IMG/VR virus record: IMGVR_UViG_3300037067_027643
Span: 128,001-192,000 of that record
Reading direction: 5' to 3' (one strand)
Length of the DNA: 64,000 nt
Source of the DNA: a virus
Taxonomy: Duplodnaviria > Caudoviricetes
Positions 1-9,020 of the stretch are shown one piece after another. A program made the position numbers and the translations under genes. Every line of letters begins with the position of its first letter. The stretch's first letter is position 1. The notes under the pieces are model-generated. The model had not been told where the DNA came from, ran no database searches, and was given only the letters and a program-made list of their open reading frames with translations.

Positions 1-699
1 AGAACCACTACTTTCTATCCAAACAGAACTACTGTGATGCCAACTATATAATACATTTGTGCTCGAATTATAAGGTGGTATTGTTGTTCTATTTACTCCG
101 TTCCAACATCTTCCAGAAGTAATAACTAATGTTCCAGTAACAGGAGTAGCCAACTCACTCATTATTAATCCATCTTCTCTTTCAAATCTTTGTGTTTTTA
201 CAACTCGTTGATGTAATTTATTAGGTAATCCTACTGCCATCTGATCCCATCCAACTATATATAATTCATCATCGTCTTTATAAACTGTAAAAATTGGAAT
301 TACATCACTTTCCGTTATCAATTCTACATTTTGAATTACATTATATATTGGTAATCCATTATTATAATCAGCTATTACATAATTTGTAATATCATTAACA
401 AAAGAAGCAGTTATTGGACTAATATAATATTCAATTAAAGAACTACTAAATCCTGAATTATTATATATTCTTACATAAGATTCTGATACATATAATGTCC
501 CATCACCTTTATCAATATATCCTGGTAGTGATACTGCACCAGCACTTATAAATTCAAATCGTTGATTAAATGAACTACTATCATTATAATAAGAAGATGA
601 GAATGTATTAAATGCAGATGATTGTAATACAGAACCAGAATCTACTAAATCTAATTGATTTGTAATCGGATTTACCCTATAAGAATAATTGTTTGGCAT
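1..699 (-). CDS. Putative virion/tail-fibre-type protein, 5' part (runs off the left edge)
   Basis: ATG at 699 (MPNNYSYRVNPITNQLDLVD...), read as open to position 1; AGGAG at 706-710; Ser/Thr-rich; in a late-type operon. Not in the ORF track because it is truncated. Confidence 0.55.
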   Translation of the reverse strand, partial: MPNNYSYRVNPITNQLDLVDSGSVLQSSAFNTFSSSYYNDSSSFNQRFEFISAGAVSLPGYIDKGDGTLYVSESYVRIYNNSGFSSSLIEYYISPITASFVNDITNYVIADYNNGLPIYNVIQNVELITESDVIPIFTVYKDDDELYIVGWDQMAVGLPNKLHQRVVKTQRFEREDGLIMSELATPVTGTLVITSGRCWNGVNRTTIPPYNSSTNVLYSWHHSSSVWIESSGS

Positions 700-715
700 T
701 AATATCTCCTAGAAA

Positions 716-988
716 TTAGACCACTGTAATTAAAAAATCTGTTGGAACAGAACCACTATATTGATATTGCTGAGTAAATACTAAAGAGCCACTATTACTA
801 AATGATGTAGCTCCACTATAGAAATCTATTTGTGTTACATTACCAGAACCATCGTAGGTGAATTTTTTATAATTATAAGATCCTGGAAAAACACTAGGAT
901 CTACTTGATTATAATATGTACCTGGATTTTGTGCTTCTATTATACGAGGTAACGATTCGTTTGGATATTGTGGATTGAAATCTGACAT
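716..988 (-). CDS. Small putative virion protein
   Basis: 90-aa ORF behind the ACTATTTATA motif at 1027-1036. Confidence 0.5.
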   Translation of the reverse strand: MSDFNPQYPNESLPRIIEAQNPGTYYNQVDPSVFPGSYNYKKFTYDGSGNVTQIDFYSGATSFSNSGSLVFTQQYQYSGSVPTDFLITVV

Positions 989-1052
989 AGCTATTTATAT
1001 TTTTAAATTAGACATAATATTATTAATATAAATAGTAAAATTTTAAATAAAC

Positions 1053-1083
1053 AAAAAAGGAATTAATCTCTTAATTCCTTTTT
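1053..1083. terminator. Intrinsic terminator (bidirectional hairpin)
   Basis: AAAAAGGAATTAA-TCTC-TTAATTCCTTTTT, just downstream of minus-strand ORF 1112..1729. Confidence 0.8.
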
Positions 1084-1111
1084 ATTAATTAACTTTAAAT
1101 TTTTAAAATGG

Positions 1112-1729
1112 TTATTCTTCTGATTTCATTAATTTGACAGCTTCTTTATATTTTTCATTAGCTGTAGCAAGTTCTCTATCTAAATTTTTAATGATATCAA
1201 TATGACGATCACGTAATTTCATCTTTTTATCTCTATCTTTTTCACCTTTGAAATCATGTACAAAAGATTTCATTAAACCTTCTTTTTTATTATTTAAATC
1301 CACAACATGTTTTTCTAATACTGAGATATCTACATTTTCTTTTAATACTCGTTTAACTGTATTTTCTATTAATCGTTCTAATTCACTTCTTTTCATATTT
1401 ATTTTTCCTTCGTTTTTATTATTGTATGGTAATGGATAATCTTTTAAAGTTTTATTATACAAGTCAATTGCTTCCTTTTCATCTACAATCCCGCTTTTTA
1501 TAAGTTTAATATAATAGAAACCGTTTTCAGTTAAGTGATCTCTACTGACTTCGGAAGCTAAATCATCCCGTTGTCCAGTATGTTCGCGCTCTATAATAAT
1601 ACCAACATCTAATTGTTTTTGAATAAAATCCACAGGTAAATCATGTTTTTTAGCTATGTCTTTTACAGACATCTTGTCGCCTTTACCACCTGGAATTAAA
1701 TCTTCATTTAATAAACTTCTAAGTTTCAT
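1112..1729 (-). CDS. DUF5661-like phage protein with LERLIENTVKRVLKE motif
   Basis: GIIIEREHT...RDHLTE..YYIKL resembles the DUF5661 pattern; C-terminal coiled coil. Confidence 0.55.
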   Translation of the reverse strand: MKLRSLLNEDLIPGGKGDKMSVKDIAKKHDLPVDFIQKQLDVGIIIEREHTGQRDDLASEVSRDHLTENGFYYIKLIKSGIVDEKEAIDLYNKTLKDYPLPYNNKNEGKINMKRSELERLIENTVKRVLKENVDISVLEKHVVDLNNKKEGLMKSFVHDFKGEKDRDKKMKLRDRHIDIIKNLDRELATANEKYKEAVKLMKSEE

Positions 1730-1744
1730 ATACTATTCCTAAAA

Positions 1745-2026
1745 TTAATTTTTATAACTACCATCATTTTTAAAATGTGTAAGATAAAATTTTATTTCAT
1801 TATCACTCATTTTTCTATCATCTACTTTTTTACCATGTTGATATATTTCAATACCTTTAGAAATTCCATGTTTATCTTCTATATATTTTACTTCCATTGG
1901 ATTTCCTTTCATATCTTTTAATTTTAATGTTTCTCCTGACATTAATCTTTGATAAAATGTATTAGATTCTTTTAAAATTTGTCTAACTTTATTTTCAATT
2001 AAAATATTTAATTCTGATAGTTTCAT
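1745..2026 (-). CDS. Hypothetical protein with N-terminal LNILIENKVRQILKE motif (candidate head-internal protein)
   Basis: ORF track; motif shared with other ORFs. Confidence 0.5.
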   Translation of the reverse strand: MKLSELNILIENKVRQILKESNTFYQRLMSGETLKLKDMKGNPMEVKYIEDKHGISKGIEIYQHGKKVDDRKMSDNEIKFYLTHFKNDGSYKN

Positions 2027-2595
2027 TTATTATCTCCAAATTTTTCTTGAACTATATTTTCTAACTTTTCTAGTTTTTCATTCATTATTTTTTCAACTTC
2101 TTTTTTATTTTGTTTTCCAATCCATTCTTCTACATCTCCTTGTTCAGTAACAAAATGTTTAGCTCCATAACTATCTATATATGATCGTACTTCTTCTTTT
2201 ATATCTTTAGTAAAAGCATTTATATTTTGTTGTATTACTTGTTTACTATATTCTTTAAATGTTCCGTTTTCTATTCGTTCATTATCTTCTTCTATAACAC
2301 AATCCATACACATACCTCTCATATTCCAGAACTTTTTATCTAAATGTTTTTTCATTGGACGGTGGCATTTTGGACATAATATAGGCATTAATATTAATTT
2401 TCTTACATCATCTAATTTTGTAACACTTTGTTTTATTCCATTTTTTATCTGCCATTGTTTTCCATCTTCTTCCCAGCAATCGCCCTCGATGTGATCTTCT
2501 TTTGATTTTTTATATCCAGCTATTATTTTGGTATTGTCTGTAACTTTACCATCTAAAATATTTCTAATACGTTGACTGTTTGTTAATTTTGACAT
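2023..2595 (-). CDS. Zn-finger phage protein
   Basis: CPKC...CMDC; overlaps next gene by 4 nt. Confidence 0.55.
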   Translation of the reverse strand: MSKLTNSQRIRNILDGKVTDNTKIIAGYKKSKEDHIEGDCWEEDGKQWQIKNGIKQSVTKLDDVRKLILMPILCPKCHRPMKKHLDKKFWNMRGMCMDCVIEEDNERIENGTFKEYSKQVIQQNINAFTKDIKEEVRSYIDSYGAKHFVTEQGDVEEWIGKQNKKEVEKIMNEKLEKLENIVQEKFGDNK

Positions 2596-2610
2596 TATAA
2601 ATAATTTTAA

Positions 2611-3111
2611 TTAATTTTGATATGGACGTATTTGTTTTAAAACTTCTGTTTCTGGAATAGCAAAATCCCAATGTGAAAAATCTTTATTTTGAATTTCGTA
2701 AGAATGTTTACCATTTTTAAATCCAATATATTTTAATTTAAAAATTCCACCTAAACCACTATCAGTTTTATAATATTTATTTTTTTCAGTTAAATCTTTT
2801 ATTGTATATTGTTCTTCTTTTATAATTTCTCTTACTTTATTTTCTATTAAATTTTCTAATTCTTGTTTTTTCATAACTTCCTTTATTATTTTTTTAACAT
2901 CTATATTTTCATTTATATGATTTAACCTCCATTGATAAAAATAATCTAATGCTTCCAGTTCTCTTTTATCATGAAATCGTTGTTTGGCATCTTGATATAT
3001 TTTTGATAATTTTACTTTATCCCTAATATTACCAAAAAGTTTTTCTAATATACTTCCAGCAAATAAAGCCCAAAAACTTATTTCTTGATGTGTTAATTCG
3101 TTGATATTCAT
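2611..3111 (-). CDS. Hypothetical protein with internal LENLIENKVREIIKEE motif
   Basis: ORF track; shared motif. Confidence 0.5.
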   Translation of the reverse strand: MNINELTHQEISFWALFAGSILEKLFGNIRDKVKLSKIYQDAKQRFHDKRELEALDYFYQWRLNHINENIDVKKIIKEVMKKQELENLIENKVREIIKEEQYTIKDLTEKNKYYKTDSGLGGIFKLKYIGFKNGKHSYEIQNKDFSHWDFAIPETEVLKQIRPYQN

Positions 3112-3115
3112 AATA

Positions 3116-3388
3116 TTATTTATGTTTATTAATAGATTTTATCTTTTTACGAACTAATTCTTCGACAACTTTTTTAATGTTTTCCTTGGAATTCTTATTT
3201 TCATTTTGTACATTAACATCTGTATTTTCATTCTTTTCATATTTCCAACCATTTTTTAATTCATCAAAAAATTTAAATTTAGCATCATCATCTAAATCAG
3301 CTGGAGTATCTACATTATATGATTGTAATGTATCTAAAAAGAAATTAAAATATTTCTTTTGAGTCTGGGATAAATTTCTTTTTGTCAT
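3116..3388 (-). CDS. Small late protein (MTKRNLSQTQKKYFNFF...), first gene of a minus-strand late operon
   Basis: Late motif at 3416-3425; YNVDTPADLDDDAKFKFF core. Confidence 0.6.
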   Translation of the reverse strand: MTKRNLSQTQKKYFNFFLDTLQSYNVDTPADLDDDAKFKFFDELKNGWKYEKNENTDVNVQNENKNSKENIKKVVEELVRKKIKSINKHK

Positions 3389-3620
3389 AATTACATTAAT
3401 ATTTTTATTACATAATATAAATAGTAAAAAAATAAATTAAATAAAATTTTATTTTTAAATATAAATAATTAAAAATATTTTAAAAATTCTATCATTGATT
3501 ATCAGCTACATACAATATTTTTAATAAAAAATTAAACAATTCAACAATTTTTTAATTTATTTTTTACTACTTATATAATATATTACATTTAATTAAACAT
3601 TAATTAAAATAAAAATAAAG

Positions 3621-3785
3621 ATGAAAACAAGAACAAAGAACGAAAATATATTCAAAGTCAATTTTAATTTTCCAACTGATTTATATGAATATATTAAAGA
3701 ACAATCTAAAATAGAATATATGAGTATGACTCAATATATTGTTGAATTGGTAAAAGAAGATTTAAAGAAGAAAGCTAAGATATAA
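3621..3785 (+). CDS. Ribbon-helix-helix (Arc/CopG-like) DNA-binding protein, 54 aa
   Basis: Hand-translated MKTRTKNENIFKVNFNFPTDLYEYIKEQSKIEYMSMTQYIVELVKEDLKKKAKI; beta-strand VNFNFP then two helices; stop 9 nt before tnpB. Confidence 0.7.
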   Translation: MKTRTKNENIFKVNFNFPTDLYEYIKEQSKIEYMSMTQYIVELVKEDLKKKAKI

Positions 3786-3794
3786 ATAATTTTA

Positions 3795-5492
3795 ATGTTA
3801 CAAGAATCAACATATTCAATGTCTTTTTATTCTACTGCTGATTTAAACAGTATTAAATATCAACATCTGCATGATAAAGCTGTTAAGATTAGAGATTTTA
3901 AGAATGATCTAAGTCAAAGAATATGTCAAAATCCAATGTCAATACAAGATTTAAGTAAGTTTGATTTTTTGAAATTATTTGATATTCAAATAGAGGGATT
4001 AGTTGGAAAGGAAATACAGCCAGCATTAAAAGAAGTCTATACATGTTATCAAAATAAATTTACTCAATTAAATCAAAAAATAAGTTTTAAAATACAAAGT
4101 AAACCACTAAAAATTGAATATTATAAAAAGAATACAAAGAAACACAAAAAAGGAGATATTAAAAATAATTCTATTTCATTAAAATCAACTCCTTTAACCA
4201 AAGTTATTTCTTTTCTTAGTAAATATTACAATGAAACAACTGTTGATTATTTGATTAAAGAAATTGATAATATTAATACAACTAAATCTTTAGAACAAAT
4301 TGAGTTTTACAAATCTATTCTTTATTATCTTAATAAATTTGGAACGAGACTTTTAAAGTTAGCTAACGATAGAAAAACGAGATTAATCAAAGAATTATTT
4401 TCTAAACCAATATTATTTAAAGAATTAACTTATGATGGAATAAATAATTTAGAATATATTGTTTCAAAAAATAAAAATAATCATTCTATAATAGAACATT
4501 TTATTTGTTTAAGTGGTTTTGGGAATTATATAGATGGGAAATATAAAAAAATTACTCGAGATGGTAAATTATATATCCCAATTAAATATAGTAAAAAATA
4601 TCATGGTGAGTTAAATGATTATAATCTAAAATATCAAACATCCTATACTATTCAATTTGTTAAAAATAAAATTAGAATTATACTTACAAAGAAAGGAAAT
4701 AGAGAAACTATTACAGATTGTGATAGTGCAGTTGGAGTAGATACTAACTTAAAACATAATTTATTTTCATTAAGTAACGGTAAGACAATCGACTACAATA
4801 GAGAATTGATTAAAAATTATGTCAAGTTTCAACTTAAAATAGATAAGAAACATGATTTTTTGTATAAATCAAATGATAAAGATTTAACCGAAAAACAGAT
4901 TAAACAAAAATACAATTTAATATCTAGAAAACAAACTTGGAATAGACGATTGATTGCTGAGCAAAATTTAAATGTTAGCGACTTAATCAAAGAGACTAAA
5001 TCGGATAACAAAGATCATATCATTTGTGAAGGACTTCTATTAAAAGATAAAACATGGTGTAGGAGTGAAGAATTCTTTGGAATTAAATACAGTAGATTAG
5101 TAAAGATGTTACATCTTTCCAACGTAAAGAATATTCTTGTTAATCAATGTAGAAATAAAAATATTCAACTTACAATAGTTCCATCTTACTATACTTCACA
5201 ACGTTGTTCTGTTTGTGGTTATGTAGACAGGGATAATAGAAAAACTCAGGAAGATTTTGTTTGTCAAAACTGTGGTCATTCAGAGAATGCCGATCTAAAT
5301 GCTAGCAAAAATATAAAACAATTCAAAGAGATAGATGTTCTGTCTCAGTCATTTTTAAAACTTGATAATAGTACTAGTTGGTTAGTTCCAAAGAAACTTG
5401 GAAAACAAACTATTAAAAAAGTTTTGGATGATTATTTTGAAAATAATAACAAATATAGTAATGATACTGATATTAATTATCAGTTAGAGTAG
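3795..5492 (+). CDS. tnpB: Large TnpB-family (IS200/IS605/Cas12f-like) RNA-guided nuclease, 565 aa
   Basis: RuvC-I AVGVDTNLKH, RuvC-II IICEGL, YTSQRCSVCG...FVCQNCG Zn ribbon, RuvC-III NADLNASKNI; all three acidic residues present; no tnpA nearby. Confidence 0.9.
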   Translation: MLQESTYSMSFYSTADLNSIKYQHLHDKAVKIRDFKNDLSQRICQNPMSIQDLSKFDFLKLFDIQIEGLVGKEIQPALKEVYTCYQNKFTQLNQKISFKIQSKPLKIEYYKKNTKKHKKGDIKNNSISLKSTPLTKVISFLSKYYNETTVDYLIKEIDNINTTKSLEQIEFYKSILYYLNKFGTRLLKLANDRKTRLIKELFSKPILFKELTYDGINNLEYIVSKNKNNHSIIEHFICLSGFGNYIDGKYKKITRDGKLYIPIKYSKKYHGELNDYNLKYQTSYTIQFVKNKIRIILTKKGNRETITDCDSAVGVDTNLKHNLFSLSNGKTIDYNRELIKNYVKFQLKIDKKHDFLYKSNDKDLTEKQIKQKYNLISRKQTWNRRLIAEQNLNVSDLIKETKSDNKDHIICEGLLLKDKTWCRSEEFFGIKYSRLVKMLHLSNVKNILVNQCRNKNIQLTIVPSYYTSQRCSVCGYVDRDNRKTQEDFVCQNCGHSENADLNASKNIKQFKEIDVLSQSFLKLDNSTSWLVPKKLGKQTIKKVLDDYFENNNKYSNDTDINYQLE

Positions 5493-5545
5493 GTAAAAGA
5501 CTGTATTACTGTTTTTTATTGAAAATTATTACTATTTCTTTTGAA
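5493..5545 (+). ncRNA. Presumptive omegaRNA 3' end plus guide
   Basis: Directly after the tnpB stop; hairpin AAAAGAC...GTTTTTT then ATTGAAA, followed by sequence homologous to the start of ORF 3116..3388. Boundaries inferred. Confidence 0.45.
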
Positions 5546-5570
5546 GTGGAGAAAGATTTCTTTTAGCCAT
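5522..5570 (-). pseudogene. Vestigial 5' end of a paralogue/allele of ORF 3116..3388 (MAKRNLSPLQKK*)
   Basis: 5533-5570 aligns to 3351-3388 at 29/38 nt; has its own late motif at 5599-5608 at nearly the same spacing (29 vs 28 nt). Confidence 0.8.
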
Positions 5571-5764
5571 AATATTAATCCTTTATTGATTATATTAGTA
5601 TAAATAGTTTGAAATTTCAAAATAATTTTGTATATTAAAATAAAATATTATATGTAAATACAAAAATATAAATAGTTTAAAAAATTTTAAAAATATTTTT
5701 CGTTTTACAATTTTTTAATTTATTTTTTACTATTTATATAAAAATAATCGTTACTAAAAAATAT

Positions 5765-5873
5765 AAATGAGTGGGAAACTAGATTTTGCAAACCTAGTTA
5801 TTTTAATGTAACCCTTTAAATCCCACTCGTTTTTTAAATAATATAAAGGGTTAAATAAAAAATAAGGGTTACA
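5765..5873 (+). ncRNA. Structured leader RNA (multi-stem, pseudoknot/switch) upstream of the PolA-like gene
   Basis: 5765-5776 pairs 5821-5832; 5777-5782 pairs 5794-5799; 5807-5818 can pair with 5844-5853 or 5864-5873. Confidence 0.6.
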
Positions 5874-5874
5874 A

Positions 5875-7638
5875 ATGAGTTCCATCCCAAAGTACAAAAT
5901 TTTTACACTCAACAATCTTGTTTTAGAAGATATGATAGGTTATAAACCTAAATATCATGCTTGTTATCAATATATGATACATACTCTAATTCAAAAAAAT
6001 ATTAATTTTAGGAATCAATCTACATTAAACTGGGTTCCTCTTAATATGAAAGTATTAAAATCAATATTTGAAGTTGATAAATCAACAGTAAATAATATAA
6101 TAAAAACTCTTACAAATAATAATATTCTACATAGAGTTGGAACACCTATTCCGGGAGTTCATAGTTATTCTTATGTATTCAACCAAGAACAAAATCACAA
6201 TTACTCTTTTAATGGAAATATAGATAATATTTATTTTATCAAAAGAATAAAACAGTTTGAAAAAACAAGACAAAAACAACGAGTAAAACCAATTAAAAAT
6301 TATAATCAAATATTCAACGCTACAAAAAAAGTTGTATGTGATTTTAAAAAAATGGACACTTTTGTCAACATGATAAGAAATGAAAATGTCAAAGCACAAT
6401 TTCAATACGCAGTTGACAAACTTAAAAAAAGAGATTATTATTTAGTCAAAGATAAAAATGGAAGAATTCATACCAATTTTACAAATTTAAGCAAAGATCT
6501 TCTATATTATACCGACACAGGTTACTTCGATGACTGTGCAAATTCACAACCTCTTTTGCTAAGTCAATTCGTAATATCCTATATTCAAAAGTATGAATCA
6601 ACATCGTCAAATGAAGTAGTCGTCAATGAATCTAATGATACATATATATATAATAGTGATTTTTCCGAAAAAAATGATGAAAATCAAAATCCAGATTTTG
6701 AAAATAATATATATAATAATATAGTATCTTATGGGTTGAATCCTAGTGGTAACTATAAGACTGATAACGGATTACAAATCTGGAATATCACACAGAATTT
6801 ACCACAAGATGTGTTAGATTTTCAAGAAAATTGTAAGACTGGAAAATTTTGGGACGACATTTTATATCATTTTAAAAGTGAAAGTAGAGAAACAGTAAAA
6901 ACAAAAACATTTGCTTCAGTTTTATATGGAGAAGCATATTATGAAAGTAAGTATAAAGACTATTTTAAATTGAAATATCCAAATGTATTAAGAATAGTTG
7001 AAGAAGATAAACAACGAAACGGATATAAGCATATAAGTAATGTTATGCAAAAAATGGAGAGTAAATTGTGGATTGAAACAATTTGTAAAAAATTGCATAA
7101 TAGAGGAATATTTAATTTCTATCCTGTACACGATAGTATTAATTTCTTTGGAGAAATGACAGAAGAAAAAAAACAAATAGCAGAAAAAATAATCAAGATG
7201 AGTTATAAAAAAATGTTTGGAATAGAATGTACACTACATTCAGGAGAATTTAAAAATCATTTAAATTCAGATTATACTTATTCATTTACAAATGCGTTAG
7301 GAATTAATTTTACGTATGAAAAAGATGATGAGTATGTTACTTTAACAGATCAAAATACCGTTACATATCTAACAGGTAGTAAAAAGAAAAAAGAATCTAA
7401 ATTAGATAGGATTCGGGTTAAGAAAACAGTCTTAGGTAGCGTATTAAAAAATTTAGTAGAAAATTGTAATAATGTAAATGCAATAGATGCTATTGGCTAT
7501 CATACATTTGGAGAGCTAATTAACTGTCAAATAAATGATTTTGAAGAAGAATATATGAAATATTTTTGTACTCAGTTACATAATAACGCAATAAATATAA
7601 ATTCAAATTCAAAGAAATTTCAACCTCTCAAAAAATAA
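5875..7638 (+). CDS. Divergent superfamily-A polymerase (TV-Pol-like) with N-terminal winged-helix-like region
   Basis: GRIHTNFTNL; motif A DCANSQP; motif B RETVKTKTFASVLYG; MQKMES; motif C VHDSI; no exonuclease domains seen. Confidence 0.7.
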   Translation: MSSIPKYKIFTLNNLVLEDMIGYKPKYHACYQYMIHTLIQKNINFRNQSTLNWVPLNMKVLKSIFEVDKSTVNNIIKTLTNNNILHRVGTPIPGVHSYSYVFNQEQNHNYSFNGNIDNIYFIKRIKQFEKTRQKQRVKPIKNYNQIFNATKKVVCDFKKMDTFVNMIRNENVKAQFQYAVDKLKKRDYYLVKDKNGRIHTNFTNLSKDLLYYTDTGYFDDCANSQPLLLSQFVISYIQKYESTSSNEVVVNESNDTYIYNSDFSEKNDENQNPDFENNIYNNIVSYGLNPSGNYKTDNGLQIWNITQNLPQDVLDFQENCKTGKFWDDILYHFKSESRETVKTKTFASVLYGEAYYESKYKDYFKLKYPNVLRIVEEDKQRNGYKHISNVMQKMESKLWIETICKKLHNRGIFNFYPVHDSINFFGEMTEEKKQIAEKIIKMSYKKMFGIECTLHSGEFKNHLNSDYTYSFTNALGINFTYEKDDEYVTLTDQNTVTYLTGSKKKKESKLDRIRVKKTVLGSVLKNLVENCNNVNAIDAIGYHTFGELINCQINDFEEEYMKYFCTQLHNNAININSNSKKFQPLKK

Positions 7639-7689
7639 TTTAAAATTTTTTAACTATTTATTTTAAATTATTCATTTAATTTTAAAATT

Positions 7690-8433
7690 ATGGGAAAAAG
7701 AAGAATGAAATCAATTTTTGATGAAGACGAAGAATTATTAATTAACACAGTGAAATTGAAGAAGTTAACAGACAGTGAATTAAAAGTCAAACATATTAAA
7801 ATTAAACACAAAAACGAACATCAAAAACAATTTACAAAGCTAATAGAAGACAATCAGATTACAATCTGTAAGGGTCCGGCAGGCACAGGTAAGAGCTTCC
7901 TTAGCATTGCTAAGGCATTTGAAATAATACAAGATGAAAGTCAACCACAACGTAAGATATTTTTAATTACTCCTGCTGTAGAAGCCGAAGAAAAAATAGG
8001 GTTTTTACCCGGAGATATGCTGGAAAAGCTTTATCCATACTTGTATTCGACATATTATATTATTGATATACTTATTGGAACAGAAACAAGAAAGAAATTA
8101 ATAGACAATGGTACAATAGAACCAATAGCTATAGGATTTCTTAGAGGTGTAAATATTGACAATGCTGTATTAATATGTGAAGAAGCTCAAAATACTTCTG
8201 TAACTACTATGTTAACTTTACTTACTAGAATTGGATTTAATAGTAAATTTATTATTTCTGGTGATATTGAACAAATTGATAATAAAGCAATAAGAACTGT
8301 TAAAGAAAGTGGTTTGGATTATGCTTATAACAATTTAGGTAGTATAGATGGAATTGGAAGATTTGAATTTATTAATGAAGATATTATAAGAAATAAATTA
8401 ATTTCAAAAATTTTAGAAAGATTTAAAAAATAA
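7690..8433 (+). CDS. phoH: PhoH-like ATPase
   Basis: GPAGTGKS, IGFLPGD, FLRG, EEAQN, LTRIG, SGDIEQID. Confidence 0.95.
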   Translation: MGKRRMKSIFDEDEELLINTVKLKKLTDSELKVKHIKIKHKNEHQKQFTKLIEDNQITICKGPAGTGKSFLSIAKAFEIIQDESQPQRKIFLITPAVEAEEKIGFLPGDMLEKLYPYLYSTYYIIDILIGTETRKKLIDNGTIEPIAIGFLRGVNIDNAVLICEEAQNTSVTTMLTLLTRIGFNSKFIISGDIEQIDNKAIRTVKESGLDYAYNNLGSIDGIGRFEFINEDIIRNKLISKILERFKK

Positions 8434-8472
8434 TTTGGATAATGTCAAAATAATTTTGTATATTAAAAATAT

Positions 8473-8697
8473 TAAAAAATAAATAATAACTATTAAATAA
8501 TAACAGATAACTATTAACAATTGAAAATTAACAGATTAACTAATGAATAATAAACAGTAACAATTAAAAAATAACAAACGACGATTAAATAATGACAAAT
8601 AACAAATAACAAATAACTATTAAAAAGTAACTATTACCTAGTAACAAATGAATGATGACAATTAAAAATTAATTATTAACTATTAAATGATAACAAA
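8473..8697 (+). repeat. Degenerate heptamer tandem array, about 32 units, consensus TRAMWAW
   Basis: TAACTAT TAAATAA TAACAGA TAACTAT TAACAAT TGAAAAT ... TAACAAA; 7-nt phase kept with a single 1-nt slip at 8536. Confidence 0.85.
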
Positions 8698-9020
8698 TGA
8701 TCAGAAAAATTAAATCCTTAACAAGACAGGAAGAACTTATAAGATATAAGAATGCAGTAAAGAAACAATTTCCAAATGCTGTTATAAAACAATATCATGA
8801 TAAATATTATGTTGAAGACGGAGAAGGAAATAAAATTAAATCAAAAGATTTTGATGTAAGTAATTCAAATACTGTATTTGGAGCTTGGAAACAGGCTAAA
8901 CTTATATTACAAAACATTCCTATTATAGAAAGAAATTTTTATAAATTTAGTGATGATAAGATTTATGATAGTTTTGTTAGGATAAAACCAGATAAGAACA
9001 GTAAATTAGATAAAGATTAA
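8697..9020 (+). CDS. Hypothetical basic protein embedded in heptamer arrays
   Basis: 107-aa ORF. Confidence 0.6.
   Translation: MIRKIKSLTRQEELIRYKNAVKKQFPNAVIKQYHDKYYVEDGEGNKIKSKDFDVSNSNTVFGAWKQAKLILQNIPIIERNFYKFSDDKIYDSFVRIKPDKNSKLDKD

Larger units (their letters stand above)
3544..5741 (+). repeat. 35-bp direct repeat (3544-3578 and 5707-5741) containing the late-type promoter
   Basis: ACAATTTTTTAATTTATTTTTTACTA[C/T]TTATATAA, one mismatch; flanks the RHH-tnpB cassette. Confidence 0.85.

Noticed and set aside
5493-5700. CRISPR array beside the TnpB/Cas12-like gene
   Set aside because: Only one repeat-like unit; I found no second copy and no repeat-spacer periodicity in the window.
5807-5818. 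Telomerase-like TAACCCT template acting with the polymerase to make the heptamer arrays
   Set aside because: Array units (TAACAAA/TAACTAT) are heterogeneous and do not match a single template; the enzyme has PolA rather than RT motifs.
5875-7638. Calling this the replicative DNA polymerase I
   Set aside because: No proofreading or 5'-exonuclease domains, and motifs are divergent; T4-like phages usually replicate with a different polymerase not seen in this window.
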